Position numbers and translations under genes: made by a program | Assembly (NCBI GenBank): GCA_964478755.1 | Contig: CAYZJP010000003.1 | Location: 7,477-71,476 of the forward strand | Reading direction: 5' to 3' | DNA: 64,000 bases | Origin: an uncultured Klebsiella sp. | Lineage (GTDB): Bacteria; Verrucomicrobiota; Verrucomicrobiia; Limisphaerales; SXTU01 | Notes under the pieces: generated by a model | The model's input: the letters and a program-made list of their open reading frames with translations, nothing else | Databases searched by the model: none | Told to the model about the DNA's origin: nothing | Part shown: piece after piece, positions 55,519-64,000 of the stretch | Layout: every line of letters starts with the position of its first letter | Numbering within the stretch: position 1 is the first letter of the stretch

Positions 55519-56685
55519 TCACTTCCCCGTCTCGTTCCAAAGTATCCGCAGGTTCTTCGTCGCGCGGCCGGCGAGGATGAGGTCGGGCTTGCCGTCGCCG
55601 TTGAGGTCGGCGGCTTTCAGGTCTTCGATGGCCACTTCCGCGCCGGAGAGGTCGGTCTTGCGCCAGGTCTTGCCGTCCTGGTCCAGCGGCGTGAAGAGTC
55701 GCACGCCGGGCACGCCCTTGGGCGTCATCGCGCGCCAGCCCACGACGATCTGGTCGCTGCCAGTGCCGAGGAAGTCGTTCACCGCGACGGCGTGGCCGTC
55801 CTTGAGCGTGTCATCGAGGACGAGGCGCGGCCAGAGGCCCTTGTTGTTCGCGGGCTGCGTGTAAACAGCGCTGGTGGTGCCGTGCATCGGCTCGATGGTG
55901 GCGAAGAAGTGCGTGCCGTTCGCGAGTTTGCCGTCGCGGACTTCGCCCGCCCAATGGTCGGAGTATTGGCGCTTCTTCCAGGTGCCGGTGCTGCGGCCCA
56001 TGAACCAGACGCCTTCCTTGGCGGCGACGAGGAGTTCGTGCTCGGGGTCGTTGTCCCAGTTGATGGGCTGGAAGTTGTGGCTGGCGTGGGTGAAGTCGCA
56101 GACGAGGGAAAGCTTCCACGGGTCGTGGGGATTGGCGGGCTTGGTGTAGCAATAGACCTTGCTGCCGTCGCCTTCGTTGTTCTTGTTGCCGCGTCCGTGG
56201 AGCGGTTTGACGATGAGTTCCCACTGGCCGCTCGGGGCCAAGACCCAGTGCATCCGATGAACGGTGGGCTCGTGGTGGAGCCTGATGGCTTCCCACTTCT
56301 GGGTGCGGTCCTTGGGCGCGACGAGATAGAAGACCGCGCCGCTCTTGTTGGTGTCGCTGGTCTCGCCGGGGTTCCAGCCGGCCCCGACGGCAAGCTCGCA
56401 TTTGCCGTCAACGACCTGCGCGGCGATGCAGACGTTGTCCTGCGGCGTGAGGTTTTCGGCGATGACGTGCTTCTTCCAGTCGGGGTTGTGATACCACTGG
56501 ATGGTGTTCTTGTCGGCGAGGAGAATGTCGGGCTTGCCGTCGCCGTCCACGTCCGCGATGGCGATGCCGTAGCCGATGTTGACGGCGGTATCAATGTCCT
56601 GCACGCGGAACCTGGGCTGCGGCGGCTCGGCGGCGAAGGCGGTGGCGGCGAACAGGGAAAGGAGAGTGAGGAGGGAAGTTTTCAT
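55519..56685 (-). CDS. secreted FG-GAP/VCBS-repeat protein
   Basis: Signal peptide LLTLLSLFAATAFA. Ca-binding-type loops DVDGDGKPDILLAD and DLNGDGKPDLILAG. Confidence 0.8.
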   Translation of the reverse strand: MKTSLLTLLSLFAATAFAAEPPQPRFRVQDIDTAVNIGYGIAIADVDGDGKPDILLADKNTIQWYHNPDWKKHVIAENLTPQDNVCIAAQVVDGKCELAVGAGWNPGETSDTNKSGAVFYLVAPKDRTQKWEAIRLHHEPTVHRMHWVLAPSGQWELIVKPLHGRGNKNNEGDGSKVYCYTKPANPHDPWKLSLVCDFTHASHNFQPINWDNDPEHELLVAAKEGVWFMGRSTGTWKKRQYSDHWAGEVRDGKLANGTHFFATIEPMHGTTSAVYTQPANNKGLWPRLVLDDTLKDGHAVAVNDFLGTGSDQIVVGWRAMTPKGVPGVRLFTPLDQDGKTWRKTDLSGAEVAIEDLKAADLNGDGKPDLILAGRATKNLRILWNETGK

Positions 56686-56784
56686 AGCGAGTGAGGTCGA
56701 GCGTAGTCACCAGCAAGGAAGCTGGAAGGAGAAAATTTGCCCCCGCTTGCCTCTCGCTGCTCCCTCTCCTACCTTCCGCGCCGC

Positions 56785-59700
56785 ATGTCGAAGAAGCCGC
56801 CGCCGTCTGCCAGTGTCATCCGCCTCCACGGCGTGCGGCACAACAACCTCAAGGGCTTCGACCTCGACCTCCCGCTCGGCAAGCTCATCGTCGTCACCGG
56901 CCTGAGTGGGTCCGGCAAAAGCTCGCTCGCCTTCGACACGCTCTACGCCGAGGGCCAGCGGCGCTACATCGAGACCTTCTCGCCCTACGCGCGGCAGTTC
57001 TTCGACCGCATGGACAAGCCGCGGGTGGACAGCATCGAGGGCATCCCGCCGGCCATCGCCATCGAGCAGCGCAACGCCGTCCGCACCACGCGCAGCACCG
57101 TCGGCACGATGACGGAGATTTGCGATCACCTGAAAATCCTCTGGCCGCATCTCGCGACGTTGCATTGCCGGAAGTGCGGCAAGCCCGTGGAGAAAGAGCC
57201 GCCGCAGAAGGTTTGGGAGCGGGTGAATGCGGAACACGGAATGCGGAATGCGGAATGTCTGGTGACGTTCGACCTCGCGCTTTCCGAAAAGCTCGCGCTC
57301 AAGGAATCCCTCGACCTCATCGCCAGGCAGGGCTACCAGCGGCTTCTCCTCAATGGCGAAATGGTCCGCCTCGACGACGCGCTCGTGAAACTACGGAGCG
57401 CCGAGCATCGCTCGGCAGGAGCGGACGAGCACACCACGGCCGAGCAATGCCCGGCGCTCCGACGAGGCCTTGCCGCACTCACCATTGTCCAAGACCGCCT
57501 CAAGCTCGCCGCCGCCAGCCGCGCCCGTTTCATCGAAGCCTGCGAGCAGGCCTACCACTTCGGCAAAGGGAAACTCGCGATTTACGACGTGTCGAACGAT
57601 CCGGCCATTCCGCACTCCGCACTCCACACTCCGCATTTCTTCTCCAACCGTTTCCACTGCGCGCAGTGCGATCTCGATTATCGCGAGCCTTCCCCCGCGC
57701 TCTTCTCGTTCAACCACCCCGTCGGCGCGTGTCCGGCGTGCAAGGGCTTCGGGCGCGTCATAGGCATTGACTATGAGCTGGCGATTCCCGACCGCTCGAT
57801 CTCAATCAAGGCTGGCGCGGTGAAGCCGTGGCGCACCGGCACCGGCGCGGAGTCGCTGGCCGACCTCGCGAAGTTCTGCAAGAAACTCGGCGTGCCGATG
57901 GACGTGCCGTTCCGCGATTTGAGCGAAGCGCACCAACGCTGGGTCATCGACGGCGACCCCGGCTACGACTCGAACGATCCCGCGAACTCGTGGCCAAAGA
58001 AGTGGTATGGCGTGAAAGGCTACTTCCGCTGGCTGGAGAGCAAGAGCTACAAGATGCACGTGCGCGTGCTGCTCTCGCGCTACCGCAGCTACACGCGCTG
58101 CCCCGCGTGCGAGGGGAAGCGCCTTCAGCCGGAAAGTCTTTTGTATCGCGTCGAAGTGCCAAGTCTCACCGGTTTGTCTGCTGACACTCTCCCCCTCACC
58201 CCGGCCCTCTCCCGCTGGGAGAGGGAGACACGCAGTCCGCGTCTTGCCGAATCGAAGCGCCCCGCACAGACACCGCCGCTAGCTGCGTCATTCGGTTCTC
58301 ATGCAACCGCGCCTTCAACTAGGGGCACAAGCCTGCAACTAACGCTGACTGCCATTCCCCCTCTCCCAGCGGGAGAGGGCCGGGGTGAGGGAGAACGGCC
58401 CGTTCAGTTGACACTGGCGGACTTCTACTCCCTCTCCGTGAGCCGCGCCCTCGCTGTCATCACCGCGTTGCACGAGCGCCTCTTTCCCATCTCCCATCTC
58501 CCATCTCCTATCTCCTCCGCCTCCCCGCTCGCTCACGCGCTCGAAGAAGTCCGCTCCCGCCTTGCCTACCTCGTCGAGGTCGGCCTCGGCTACCTCACGC
58601 TCGACCGCGCCACGCGCACGCTTTCCGGCGGCGAGACCGAGCGCGTAAATCTCACCACCTGTCTCGGCACGCGCCTCGTCAACACCCTCTACGTCCTCGA
58701 CGAGCCGAGCGTGGGCCTGCACCCGCGCGACACCGCGCGCCTCGTCGTCATTCTCCAACGCCTGCGCGATCTTGGGAACACCGTCATCGTCGTCGAACAC
58801 GAAGCCGCCGTGATGCGCGCCGCCGACCAGATCGTGGACCTCGGCCCCGGCCACGGAGAGACCGGCGGTGAACTCGTCTTTCAAGGCACGCTCGCGGAAC
58901 TTCTCCGCCATCCCGTCTCGCTCACTGGGCAATACCTGAGCGGGCGAAAGATGGTCGAAGAACGGAATCCGAGGCCGGTGGAGTTGCGCGGAGCCGCGTC
59001 GTCGAACAACGCCACGTTCCCCCTCACCCCGGCCCTCTCCCCAAGGGAGAGGGAGGAGCGCAGCCCGCGTCCTGGCGAGTCCATGGCCGTCCGAAGTCAG
59101 AGCAGCACAGCTTCGCGCGAAACGCGGACTGCCATTCCCCCTCTCCCCCAGGGAGAGGGCCGGGGTGAGGGGAAAGGAATCGCCCAGCATTCTGATGGTA
59201 GAGAACCATCTACGAACTCCCCCGCTCACTTTCTCACCCTCTCCGGCGCCTCCGCCCACAATCTCAAAAACCTCACCGTCTCCATTCCGCTTGGCCGCTT
59301 CGTCTGCCTCACCGGCGTGAGCGGCTCCGGGAAGTCCACGCTCGTCCGCGACTGCCTGCTGCCAGCGCTCGCCTCGGTGCTCAAAGTCGCCGAAACTCAG
59401 GCGCTACCAGGTGAAACGGACGACAAAGTGACCAAGACAGACATCAAACCAAGTGGGCAGGAGGTGAAACTGATTGGGTTTGATGTGAAACAGATTCAGT
59501 CGGACGTGAAACCTAGTGGGTCTGACATTAAACTAAGTGGGTCTGACGTTAAACTTAGTGGGTCTGGCAATAAAGTTTATGAATCTGGCGTTCAATTCAG
59601 TGACTTGAATGCCAAAGTTGACGACTCTGGCGTCAAACCAAGCGACTTTGACGAGCCATCCGGTGAGTTTGTCCAGCCCGGCACCGCCCGCGTCATCGGA

Positions 59701-60687
59701 GCCGGGCACTTGAGCCGGTTTATCCTCGTGGACCAGACGCCGCTGGGCAAAACGCCGCGCTCCACCCCCGCCGTTTACATCGGAGCCTTCGATGACTTGC
59801 GCGAAGTCTTCGCCCAGACGGAACTCGCCAGGCAGCGCGGCCTGAACAGCAGCGCCTTCAGCTTCAACTCCGCCGCCGGCCAGTGCGACCGCTGCCGGGG
59901 CGCGGGCTTCGAGAAGATTGAAATGCAGTTCCTCAGCGACGTGTTCATCAAGTGCCCCGCGTGCGAGGGACGGCGCTATCGGGAGCACATTCTGGAGGTG
60001 AAGGTGGAGGTTCAAGCTTCAAGGTTTCAGGTTTCAGGAGCCGGGACTTCCGCGGGCCGACCGCACGCGAAGGCATCCGTCTCCACCTTGAACCTTGAAC
60101 CTGAAACCTTGAACCTGTCCTGGAGCATCGCCGACCTCCTCGCCGCCAGCGTGGATGAATCCCTCGCCTTCCTCGCCGCGCTGCCGGACTCCAAACCCGC
60201 CCAGCGCGCCGCCGCCGCGCTGCGCGTGTTGCAGGAAGTCGGCCTCGGCTACCTGCGCCTCGGCCAGCCGATCAACACCTTGAGTGGCGGCGAGAGCCAG
60301 CGGCTGAAACTCGCGGCGCACCTCGCTGAAGCAAGCAGTCGAGAGTCGAGAGTCGAGAGCCGAGAGCCGGAAGCAGCCGCCGTAGCACAGCCCTCGACCC
60401 TCGACCCTCGACTCTCGACCCTCTTCGTCTTCGACGAGCCGACGACTGGCCTGCACTTCGAGGACGTGCGCGTGCTCGTCGCCGTCTTCCAGCGGCTCGT
60501 GGACGCGGGCCATACCGTCCTCGTCATCGAGCACAACCTCGATGTGATCCGCGCCGCCGACTGGTTGATTGACCTCGGCCCCGAAGCGGGCGCCGCCGGC
60601 GGCGAACTCGTCATCGCCGGCACACCGGAGGAGGTGGCGAAGTGCGAGCGCAGCCACACTGGCCGCTTTCTGCGGGACGCGCTTTAG
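56785..60687 (+). CDS. UvrA-family ABC ATPase (excinuclease subunit A or paralogue) expanded by multiple in-frame repeat insertions
   Basis: [14 protein letters not shown], Walker [32 protein letters not shown], Zn-module CxxC pairs, [25 protein letters not shown]. Second half: [62 protein letters not shown] at 56785 (MSKKPPP) is preferred over the track start at 56737. Confidence 0.85.
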   Translation: MSKKPPPSASVIRLHGVRHNNLKGFDLDLPLGKLIVVTGLSGSGKSSLAFDTLYAEGQRRYIETFSPYARQFFDRMDKPRVDSIEGIPPAIAIEQRNAVRTTRSTVGTMTEICDHLKILWPHLATLHCRKCGKPVEKEPPQKVWERVNAEHGMRNAECLVTFDLALSEKLALKESLDLIARQGYQRLLLNGEMVRLDDALVKLRSAEHRSAGADEHTTAEQCPALRRGLAALTIVQDRLKLAAASRARFIEACEQAYHFGKGKLAIYDVSNDPAIPHSALHTPHFFSNRFHCAQCDLDYREPSPALFSFNHPVGACPACKGFGRVIGIDYELAIPDRSISIKAGAVKPWRTGTGAESLADLAKFCKKLGVPMDVPFRDLSEAHQRWVIDGDPGYDSNDPANSWPKKWYGVKGYFRWLESKSYKMHVRVLLSRYRSYTRCPACEGKRLQPESLLYRVEVPSLTGLSADTLPLTPALSRWERETRSPRLAESKRPAQTPPLAASFGSHATAPSTRGTSLQLTLTAIPPLPAGEGRGEGERPVQLTLADFYSLSVSRALAVITALHERLFPISHLPSPISSASPLAHALEEVRSRLAYLVEVGLGYLTLDRATRTLSGGETERVNLTTCLGTRLVNTLYVLDEPSVGLHPRDTARLVVILQRLRDLGNTVIVVEHEAAVMRAADQIVDLGPGHGETGGELVFQGTLAELLRHPVSLTGQYLSGRKMVEERNPRPVELRGAASSNNATFPLTPALSPREREERSPRPGESMAVRSQSSTASRETRTAIPPLPQGEGRGEGKGIAQHSDGREPSTNSPAHFLTLSGASAHNLKNLTVSIPLGRFVCLTGVSGSGKSTLVRDCLLPALASVLKVAETQALPGETDDKVTKTDIKPSGQEVKLIGFDVKQIQSDVKPSGSDIKLSGSDVKLSGSGNKVYESGVQFSDLNAKVDDSGVKPSDFDEPSGEFVQPGTARVIGAGHLSRFILVDQTPLGKTPRSTPAVYIGAFDDLREVFAQTELARQRGLNSSAFSFNSAAGQCDRCRGAGFEKIEMQFLSDVFIKCPACEGRRYREHILEVKVEVQASRFQVSGAGTSAGRPHAKASVSTLNLEPETLNLSWSIADLLAASVDESLAFLAALPDSKPAQRAAAALRVLQEVGLGYLRLGQPINTLSGGESQRLKLAAHLAEASSRESRVESREPEAAAVAQPSTLDPRLSTLFVFDEPTTGLHFEDVRVLVAVFQRLVDAGHTVLVIEHNLDVIRAADWLIDLGPEAGAAGGELVIAGTPEEVAKCERSHTGRFLRDAL
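58189..58393. repeat. family A palindromic element, intragenic (UvrA-family ORF)
   Basis: ctccccctcaccccggccctctcccgctgggagagggag ... gactgccattccccctctcccagcgggagagggccggggtgaggg. Translated as [13 protein letters not shown]...[14 protein letters not shown]. Confidence 0.88.
59019..59175. repeat. family A palindromic element, second intragenic copy in the same ORF
   Basis: ttccccctcaccccggccctctccccaagggagagggagg ... gactgccattccccctctcccccagggagagggccggggtgagggg. Translated as [13 protein letters not shown]...[14 protein letters not shown]. Confidence 0.88.
59440..59670. repeat. AT-rich 21-bp tandem array (~10-11 units) inside the UvrA-family ORF
   Basis: Units such as gacatcaaaccaagtgggcag / gacgtgaaacctagtgggtct / gacattaaactaagtgggtct / gacgttaaacttagtgggtct / ggcgtcaaaccaagcgacttt. 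They encode the heptads [70 protein letters not shown]. Confidence 0.85.
60008..60116. repeat. hairpin whose arms are heptamer tandem repeats (GGTTCAA/GGTTTCA vs CCTTGAA/CCTGAAA)
   Basis: aggttcaagcttcaaggtttcaggtttcagg - about 47 nt - ccttgaaccttgaacctgaaaccttgaacctg. Confidence 0.8.
60338..60423. repeat. hairpin whose arms are heptamer tandem repeats (GTCGAGA vs CCCTCGA)
   Basis: gtcgagagtcgagagtcgagagccgagagccgg - about 21 nt - ccctcgaccctcgaccctcgactctcgaccctc. Confidence 0.8.
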
Positions 60688-61832
60688 GGCACGATCTCCA
60701 CCGCGTAAAAGCCCGCGCTGCCCGTCGGCGTGTTGGTGAGGCTGACGGTGTTCCAGCCGGAGAGGACCGTGCTGGAAAGCGCAGTCCAGTTGGTGGCGTT
60801 CACACCATTGGTCAGCGTGCCAGTGAAGCGGAGGCGATACCTCGCGTTCAAGATGCCGGTGGTGGTGACGATGTGGTTGCCGCCGCTGGCAGCGATGGAG
60901 AGGAGGCGCGGGCGTGCCGGGGTGAAGCCCATGTCGTAAAGCATCCCGCGTTCGAGCGCGACGAGCGCGACCTGCGCTTTCACGCCTGCCGCATCGCGCG
61001 GCAGCAGGAGCAGGCCGAATGGATCGAAGGTCGTGGTGTCCAGATGGGCGATGCTCGACCCGGACGAGTAAGGATTCACGGCGTAAAGTTTGGGCCGCAC
61101 ACCAGCGTTGCCCGCCGCGCCGAGCGGGCCGTTCCAGAACAGGTTGTTGTTCGTGATGGCCACAAGCCGCTGGGCGTCGGTCATGCCTGCGTAAGACACC
61201 GGGTTGCTGTTGTCCTGGACAATGAAGGTGTCATACACGGTGGGGTTCCCGTCGAACGAGCCGTTGGCGGGGTTGATGTAGTTGATGAAGCCGATGCCGT
61301 GGACCAGTTCATGCACGATGGTCGTGAAGAGGCTTTCGAGTCCGCTGCCCACCGCAGAGGAGTCGTTGGTGTTGTAATTGTAGCTGATGGCCGCGTTGAC
61401 ATTGAAGTTCACGGCCAGCGTGTTCGTGGCAAACAGCTCGCGGCCGGCAACGTGGTTGGCGAGCGTCCAAGTGTAGTCCACGTTGGGCAGGTATTTCGGG
61501 TTCGTGCTGCCGAAGTTGTTCGTGTAGCCGGCCGTGCCGCCGTTGCCCACCGTCGTGGTGCCGAGGTTGGTGAAGGCCGCCTTCACGCGGATGACCTCGG
61601 TGACATACGCCTGCGAGAAGAGACTGCCCACGTAGTTCGCTGAGGCGGTGAAGACGGCCCGGCGCAGCTCGCCAATCGAGCCATAGCCCGGCTGCGGCGA
61701 GGCGGCCGGGTCGTAGAAGCCGACATTGTTCGCCTGGTCGTAGGACCAGTCCGGGATGATGGGAATCTGCGCGCGAAGTGAAATCGCCTGGAACACGACG
61801 AGCAGGGCGAGTGTTTGGAAAATCTTTTTCAC
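60684..61832 (-). CDS. secreted protein with HExxH zinc-metalloprotease-like motif
   Basis: GTG at 61832 gives the signal peptide MKKIFQTLALLVVFQAISLRAQ. TTIVHELVHGIGF. Only the 3' third of the 1013-aa track ORF is coding. The stop overlaps the UvrA-family stop (TTAG). Confidence 0.65.
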   Translation of the reverse strand: MKKIFQTLALLVVFQAISLRAQIPIIPDWSYDQANNVGFYDPAASPQPGYGSIGELRRAVFTASANYVGSLFSQAYVTEVIRVKAAFTNLGTTTVGNGGTAGYTNNFGSTNPKYLPNVDYTWTLANHVAGRELFATNTLAVNFNVNAAISYNYNTNDSSAVGSGLESLFTTIVHELVHGIGFINYINPANGSFDGNPTVYDTFIVQDNSNPVSYAGMTDAQRLVAITNNNLFWNGPLGAAGNAGVRPKLYAVNPYSSGSSIAHLDTTTFDPFGLLLLPRDAAGVKAQVALVALERGMLYDMGFTPARPRLLSIAASGGNHIVTTTGILNARYRLRFTGTLTNGVNATNWTALSSTVLSGWNTVSLTNTPTGSAGFYAVEIVP

Positions 61833-61928
61833 CGGGCTGGAAATACAGGAACCAAACAGGGCTGACAAGTGCCAACCGGCAGTTTTAAGAGCCTTGGTTC
61901 CGCGCGCCGCATCGCGCATGATGCGCGG

Positions 61929-64000
61929 GTGTTCGCCGGCTCTGAACAAAACACCGCCACGCCTGACGCCATCTGCATCCACGGCGCGCGGCACCACAAC
62001 CTGAAGAACTTCTCGCTCGCGGTTCCGCGCGGGCGGTTCGTGGTCGTCACCGGCGTGAGCGGCAGCGGCAAGAGCACGCTCGCCTTCGACCTCATTTTCG
62101 CCGAGGGCCAGCGGCGCTTCCTCGACGCCATGAACGCCTACGCGCGGCAGTTCGTGGAGCAGATGGCCCGGCCCGACGTGGACCTCATCACCGGCATCCC
62201 GCCCACCGTCAGCATCGAGCAGCGCAACTCGCGCGGCGGCGGCAAGTCCACCGTCGCCACCGTCACGGAGATTCACCATTTCCTGCGCCTGCTCTTCGCG
62301 AAGCTCGGCACGCAGTTCTGCCCGACGTGCAACGTGCCCGTCACCGGCCAGACTCGCGACGCGCTCGCGGCGAACTTGCGGAGCGAACTCAAGCGTCGCG
62401 GCGACCTGCTGCTGCTCGCGCCCGTGGTGAAAAACCGCAAGGGTTTCCACAGCGAAGTCGCGACATGGGCCGCGCAGAACGGCTTTGCCGAACTCCGCGC
62501 CGACGGAAAGATGTTCCGCACGGACGAACCGTTCCGCCTCGACCGCTTCAAGGAGCACGACGTGGAAATCGTGGTCGGCGTTGCTGAAGCAGGTAGGGCG
62601 CGCAGTCCTCTGCGCGCCGCTTCCCGTGAATCCACCAGCGGCGCGCACGGAGTGACGCGCCCTACCAGCCTGAATGAGCTTGCGGACACCGCCCTCCAGC
62701 TCGGCCACGGCACGCTCTACGCGCTGGACAACCACCGCCAGCTCACCGTCCACAGCACGGAACGCGCGTGCCCGTCGTGCCACACCAGCTTCGCGCCGCT
62801 CGATCCGAAGAATTTTTCCTACAACTCCGCGCAGGGCTGGTGTCCGAAGTGCCGCGGCTTCGGCGAACTCTTTTACATCCCCGATGTCGAGCGCGGCGCG
62901 AACGCTGGCTCCATCGAAGAAAGCTGGTGGAGCTGGGCGCAGGAGCGCGAGCAATGTCCTGAATGCCACGGCGCGCGGCTGAATGCCGTGACACGCGCGG
63001 TGCGCCTTGCAGTTGGAGCGCCGAATTCCAATTCGGCGAAGACTCAATCGCACCGTCGTGCCGAACCGGAGTTCGGCGCTCCGACGATTGATTTCTTCTC
63101 CGCCGCGAACGTGGACGCCGCGCTCGCTTACTTCTCCACGCTGAAGCTCACCGGGCGCGACGCGGACATCGCGCGCGACATTCTCCCGGAGATTCGCGAG
63201 CGCCTGAAATTCCTGAGCGAAGTCGGCCTCGGCTATCTCCAGCTTGGTCGCAGCGCGCCGACGCTCTCCGGCGGCGAGGCGCAGCGGATGCGGCTGGCCG
63301 CGCAGCTCGGCTCGAACTTGAGCGGCGTGCTCTACGTGCTCGACGAGCCGACCATCGGCCTGCACGCGCGCGACAACGCGCTGCTGCTCCGCGCGCTCAA
63401 AAAACTTCAGTCGCGCGGCAATTCGCTGCTCGTGGTCGAGCACGACGAGGACACGATGCGCCATGCGGACTGGGTGATTGACCTCGGTCCCGGCGCGGGC
63501 GTGAAGGGCGGCGAAGTCATCGCCAGCGGCACGTTGAACGAATTGCTGCGGCACAAGGAATCCATCACCGGCCAGCAGCTTCGCGCGCAGGCGGCGAAAA
63601 AATATCCGAGCCGGGGCGAGCGGCGCGTTGTGGAGTGCGGTGACTTGCCACCGCACTCCGAAAGCACGCACTGGCTTACGTTGACCAATGCGAGCACGCA
63701 CAACTTGAAGAATCTCACCGTCCATTTTCCACTAAACCGATTCGTTGCCGTCACTGGCGTGAGCGGTTCCGGCAAGAGCACGTTGATTCGCGAGTGTTTA
63801 TTGCCTGTGGTGGAAGCGGCGTTGCCGAAGAAGCGGAGCGCCAAGCTCCGGCTTGGCAAGTCCGAGAATTTCTCCGCACCGCGCCGAATCGGAGTTCGGC
63901 GCTCCAAGGGCGAGTGCTTTGTCACCGGCGCGGAACATTTCTCCGCCGTCTATGAAGTTGACCAGTCGCCCATCGGCCGCACGCCGCGCAGCACGCCGGC
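61929..64000 (+). CDS. second UvrA-family ABC ATPase, 3'-partial (runs off the window; not in the supplied ORF track)
   Basis: Manual translation in frame 3: [86 protein letters not shown]...TEIHHFLRLLFAKLGTQFCPTC...LLLLAPVVKNRKGFH...CPSCHTSF...LSGGEAQRMRLAAQLG...LYVLDEPTIGLH...LVVEHDEDTM...[10 protein letters not shown]...VDQSPIGRTPRSTP. The frame opens after TGA at 61863. The start is GTG at 61929 or GTG at 61869. Confidence 0.85.
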   Translation, partial: MFAGSEQNTATPDAICIHGARHHNLKNFSLAVPRGRFVVVTGVSGSGKSTLAFDLIFAEGQRRFLDAMNAYARQFVEQMARPDVDLITGIPPTVSIEQRNSRGGGKSTVATVTEIHHFLRLLFAKLGTQFCPTCNVPVTGQTRDALAANLRSELKRRGDLLLLAPVVKNRKGFHSEVATWAAQNGFAELRADGKMFRTDEPFRLDRFKEHDVEIVVGVAEAGRARSPLRAASRESTSGAHGVTRPTSLNELADTALQLGHGTLYALDNHRQLTVHSTERACPSCHTSFAPLDPKNFSYNSAQGWCPKCRGFGELFYIPDVERGANAGSIEESWWSWAQEREQCPECHGARLNAVTRAVRLAVGAPNSNSAKTQSHRRAEPEFGAPTIDFFSAANVDAALAYFSTLKLTGRDADIARDILPEIRERLKFLSEVGLGYLQLGRSAPTLSGGEAQRMRLAAQLGSNLSGVLYVLDEPTIGLHARDNALLLRALKKLQSRGNSLLVVEHDEDTMRHADWVIDLGPGAGVKGGEVIASGTLNELLRHKESITGQQLRAQAAKKYPSRGERRVVECGDLPPHSESTHWLTLTNASTHNLKNLTVHFPLNRFVAVTGVSGSGKSTLIRECLLPVVEAALPKKRSAKLRLGKSENFSAPRRIGVRRSKGECFVTGAEHFSAVYEVDQSPIGRTPRSTP
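62592..62666. repeat. family D nested palindrome (75 nt), intragenic
   Basis: ggtagggcgcg-cagtcctc-tgcgcgccgct-tcccgtgaatccacc-agcggcgcgca-cggagtga-cgcgccctacc. Both the outer and inner arm pairs are perfect reverse complements. 75 nt equals 25 codons. Confidence 0.85.
63015..63082. repeat. family E double hairpin (GGAGCGCCGAA...TTCGGCGCTCC), intragenic
   Basis: ggagcgccgaattccaattcggcg ... gccgaaccggagttcggcgctcc. Confidence 0.8.
63881..63905. repeat. family E single hairpin, intragenic
   Basis: gcgccgaatcggagttcggcgctcc. The 23-mer gccgaaNcggagttcggcgctcc matches 63060-63082 with one mismatch. Confidence 0.75.

Noticed and set aside
59440-59670. Possible CRISPR array, because of regularly spaced short repeats.
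   Set aside because: The units are contiguous 21-mers without unique spacers. They are in frame within a conserved ORF, and no cas genes are present.
60684-63725. 1013-aa minus-strand ORF, the longest on that strand in the window.
   Set aside because: It is chimeric. Only the 3' third (60684-61832) has a signal peptide and protein-like composition. The remaining ~630 codons are Arg/Ala/Gly-rich and lie exactly antisense to a clear UvrA-family reading frame on the plus strand.

Overview
This is a high-GC chromosomal segment (above 60% by eye, not computed). Its gene families point to the PVC superphylum, most likely Verrucomicrobiota: DUF1501, DUF1549/DUF1553, PSCyt1-WD40, DUF1552 with DUF1585/87/88/92/95-type giants, sulfatase, Sel1, FG-GAP and ankyrin. 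All family names come from motif recognition by eye; no searches were run. I can support about 45 protein genes and one tRNA-Arg(CCT). Housekeeping genes are mnmE, rpoZ, smpB and rpmB, plus a MurK-MurQ fusion. There are two UvrA-family genes; the second runs off the right edge and is missing from the supplied ORF track. The most notable property is a dense load of small palindromic or tandem repeat elements, in at least five families plus heptamer-armed hairpins. Many sit inside coding regions without breaking the reading frame: in the mnmE G domain, at eight or more sites in one UvrA-family ORF, at three sites in the second UvrA gene, in the MurK-MurQ linker, in a DUF1592-type gene, and at the C-terminus of a permease. 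Other items are: an IS200-like/RAYT transposase flanked by inverted REP doublets; a low-GC single-gene FRG-domain island inside a DUF1501/DUF1549-1553 cluster; an exported three-gene cluster (GCC-motif lipoprotein, PhnD-like/PQQ-propeller fusion, ArsC/LMW-PTP-like lipoprotein); a ~140-bp inverted-repeat element occupying the 5' junction of two secreted-protein genes; and a decayed region with an RND-pump fragment. Most long opposite-strand ORFs in the track are high-GC shadow ORFs.
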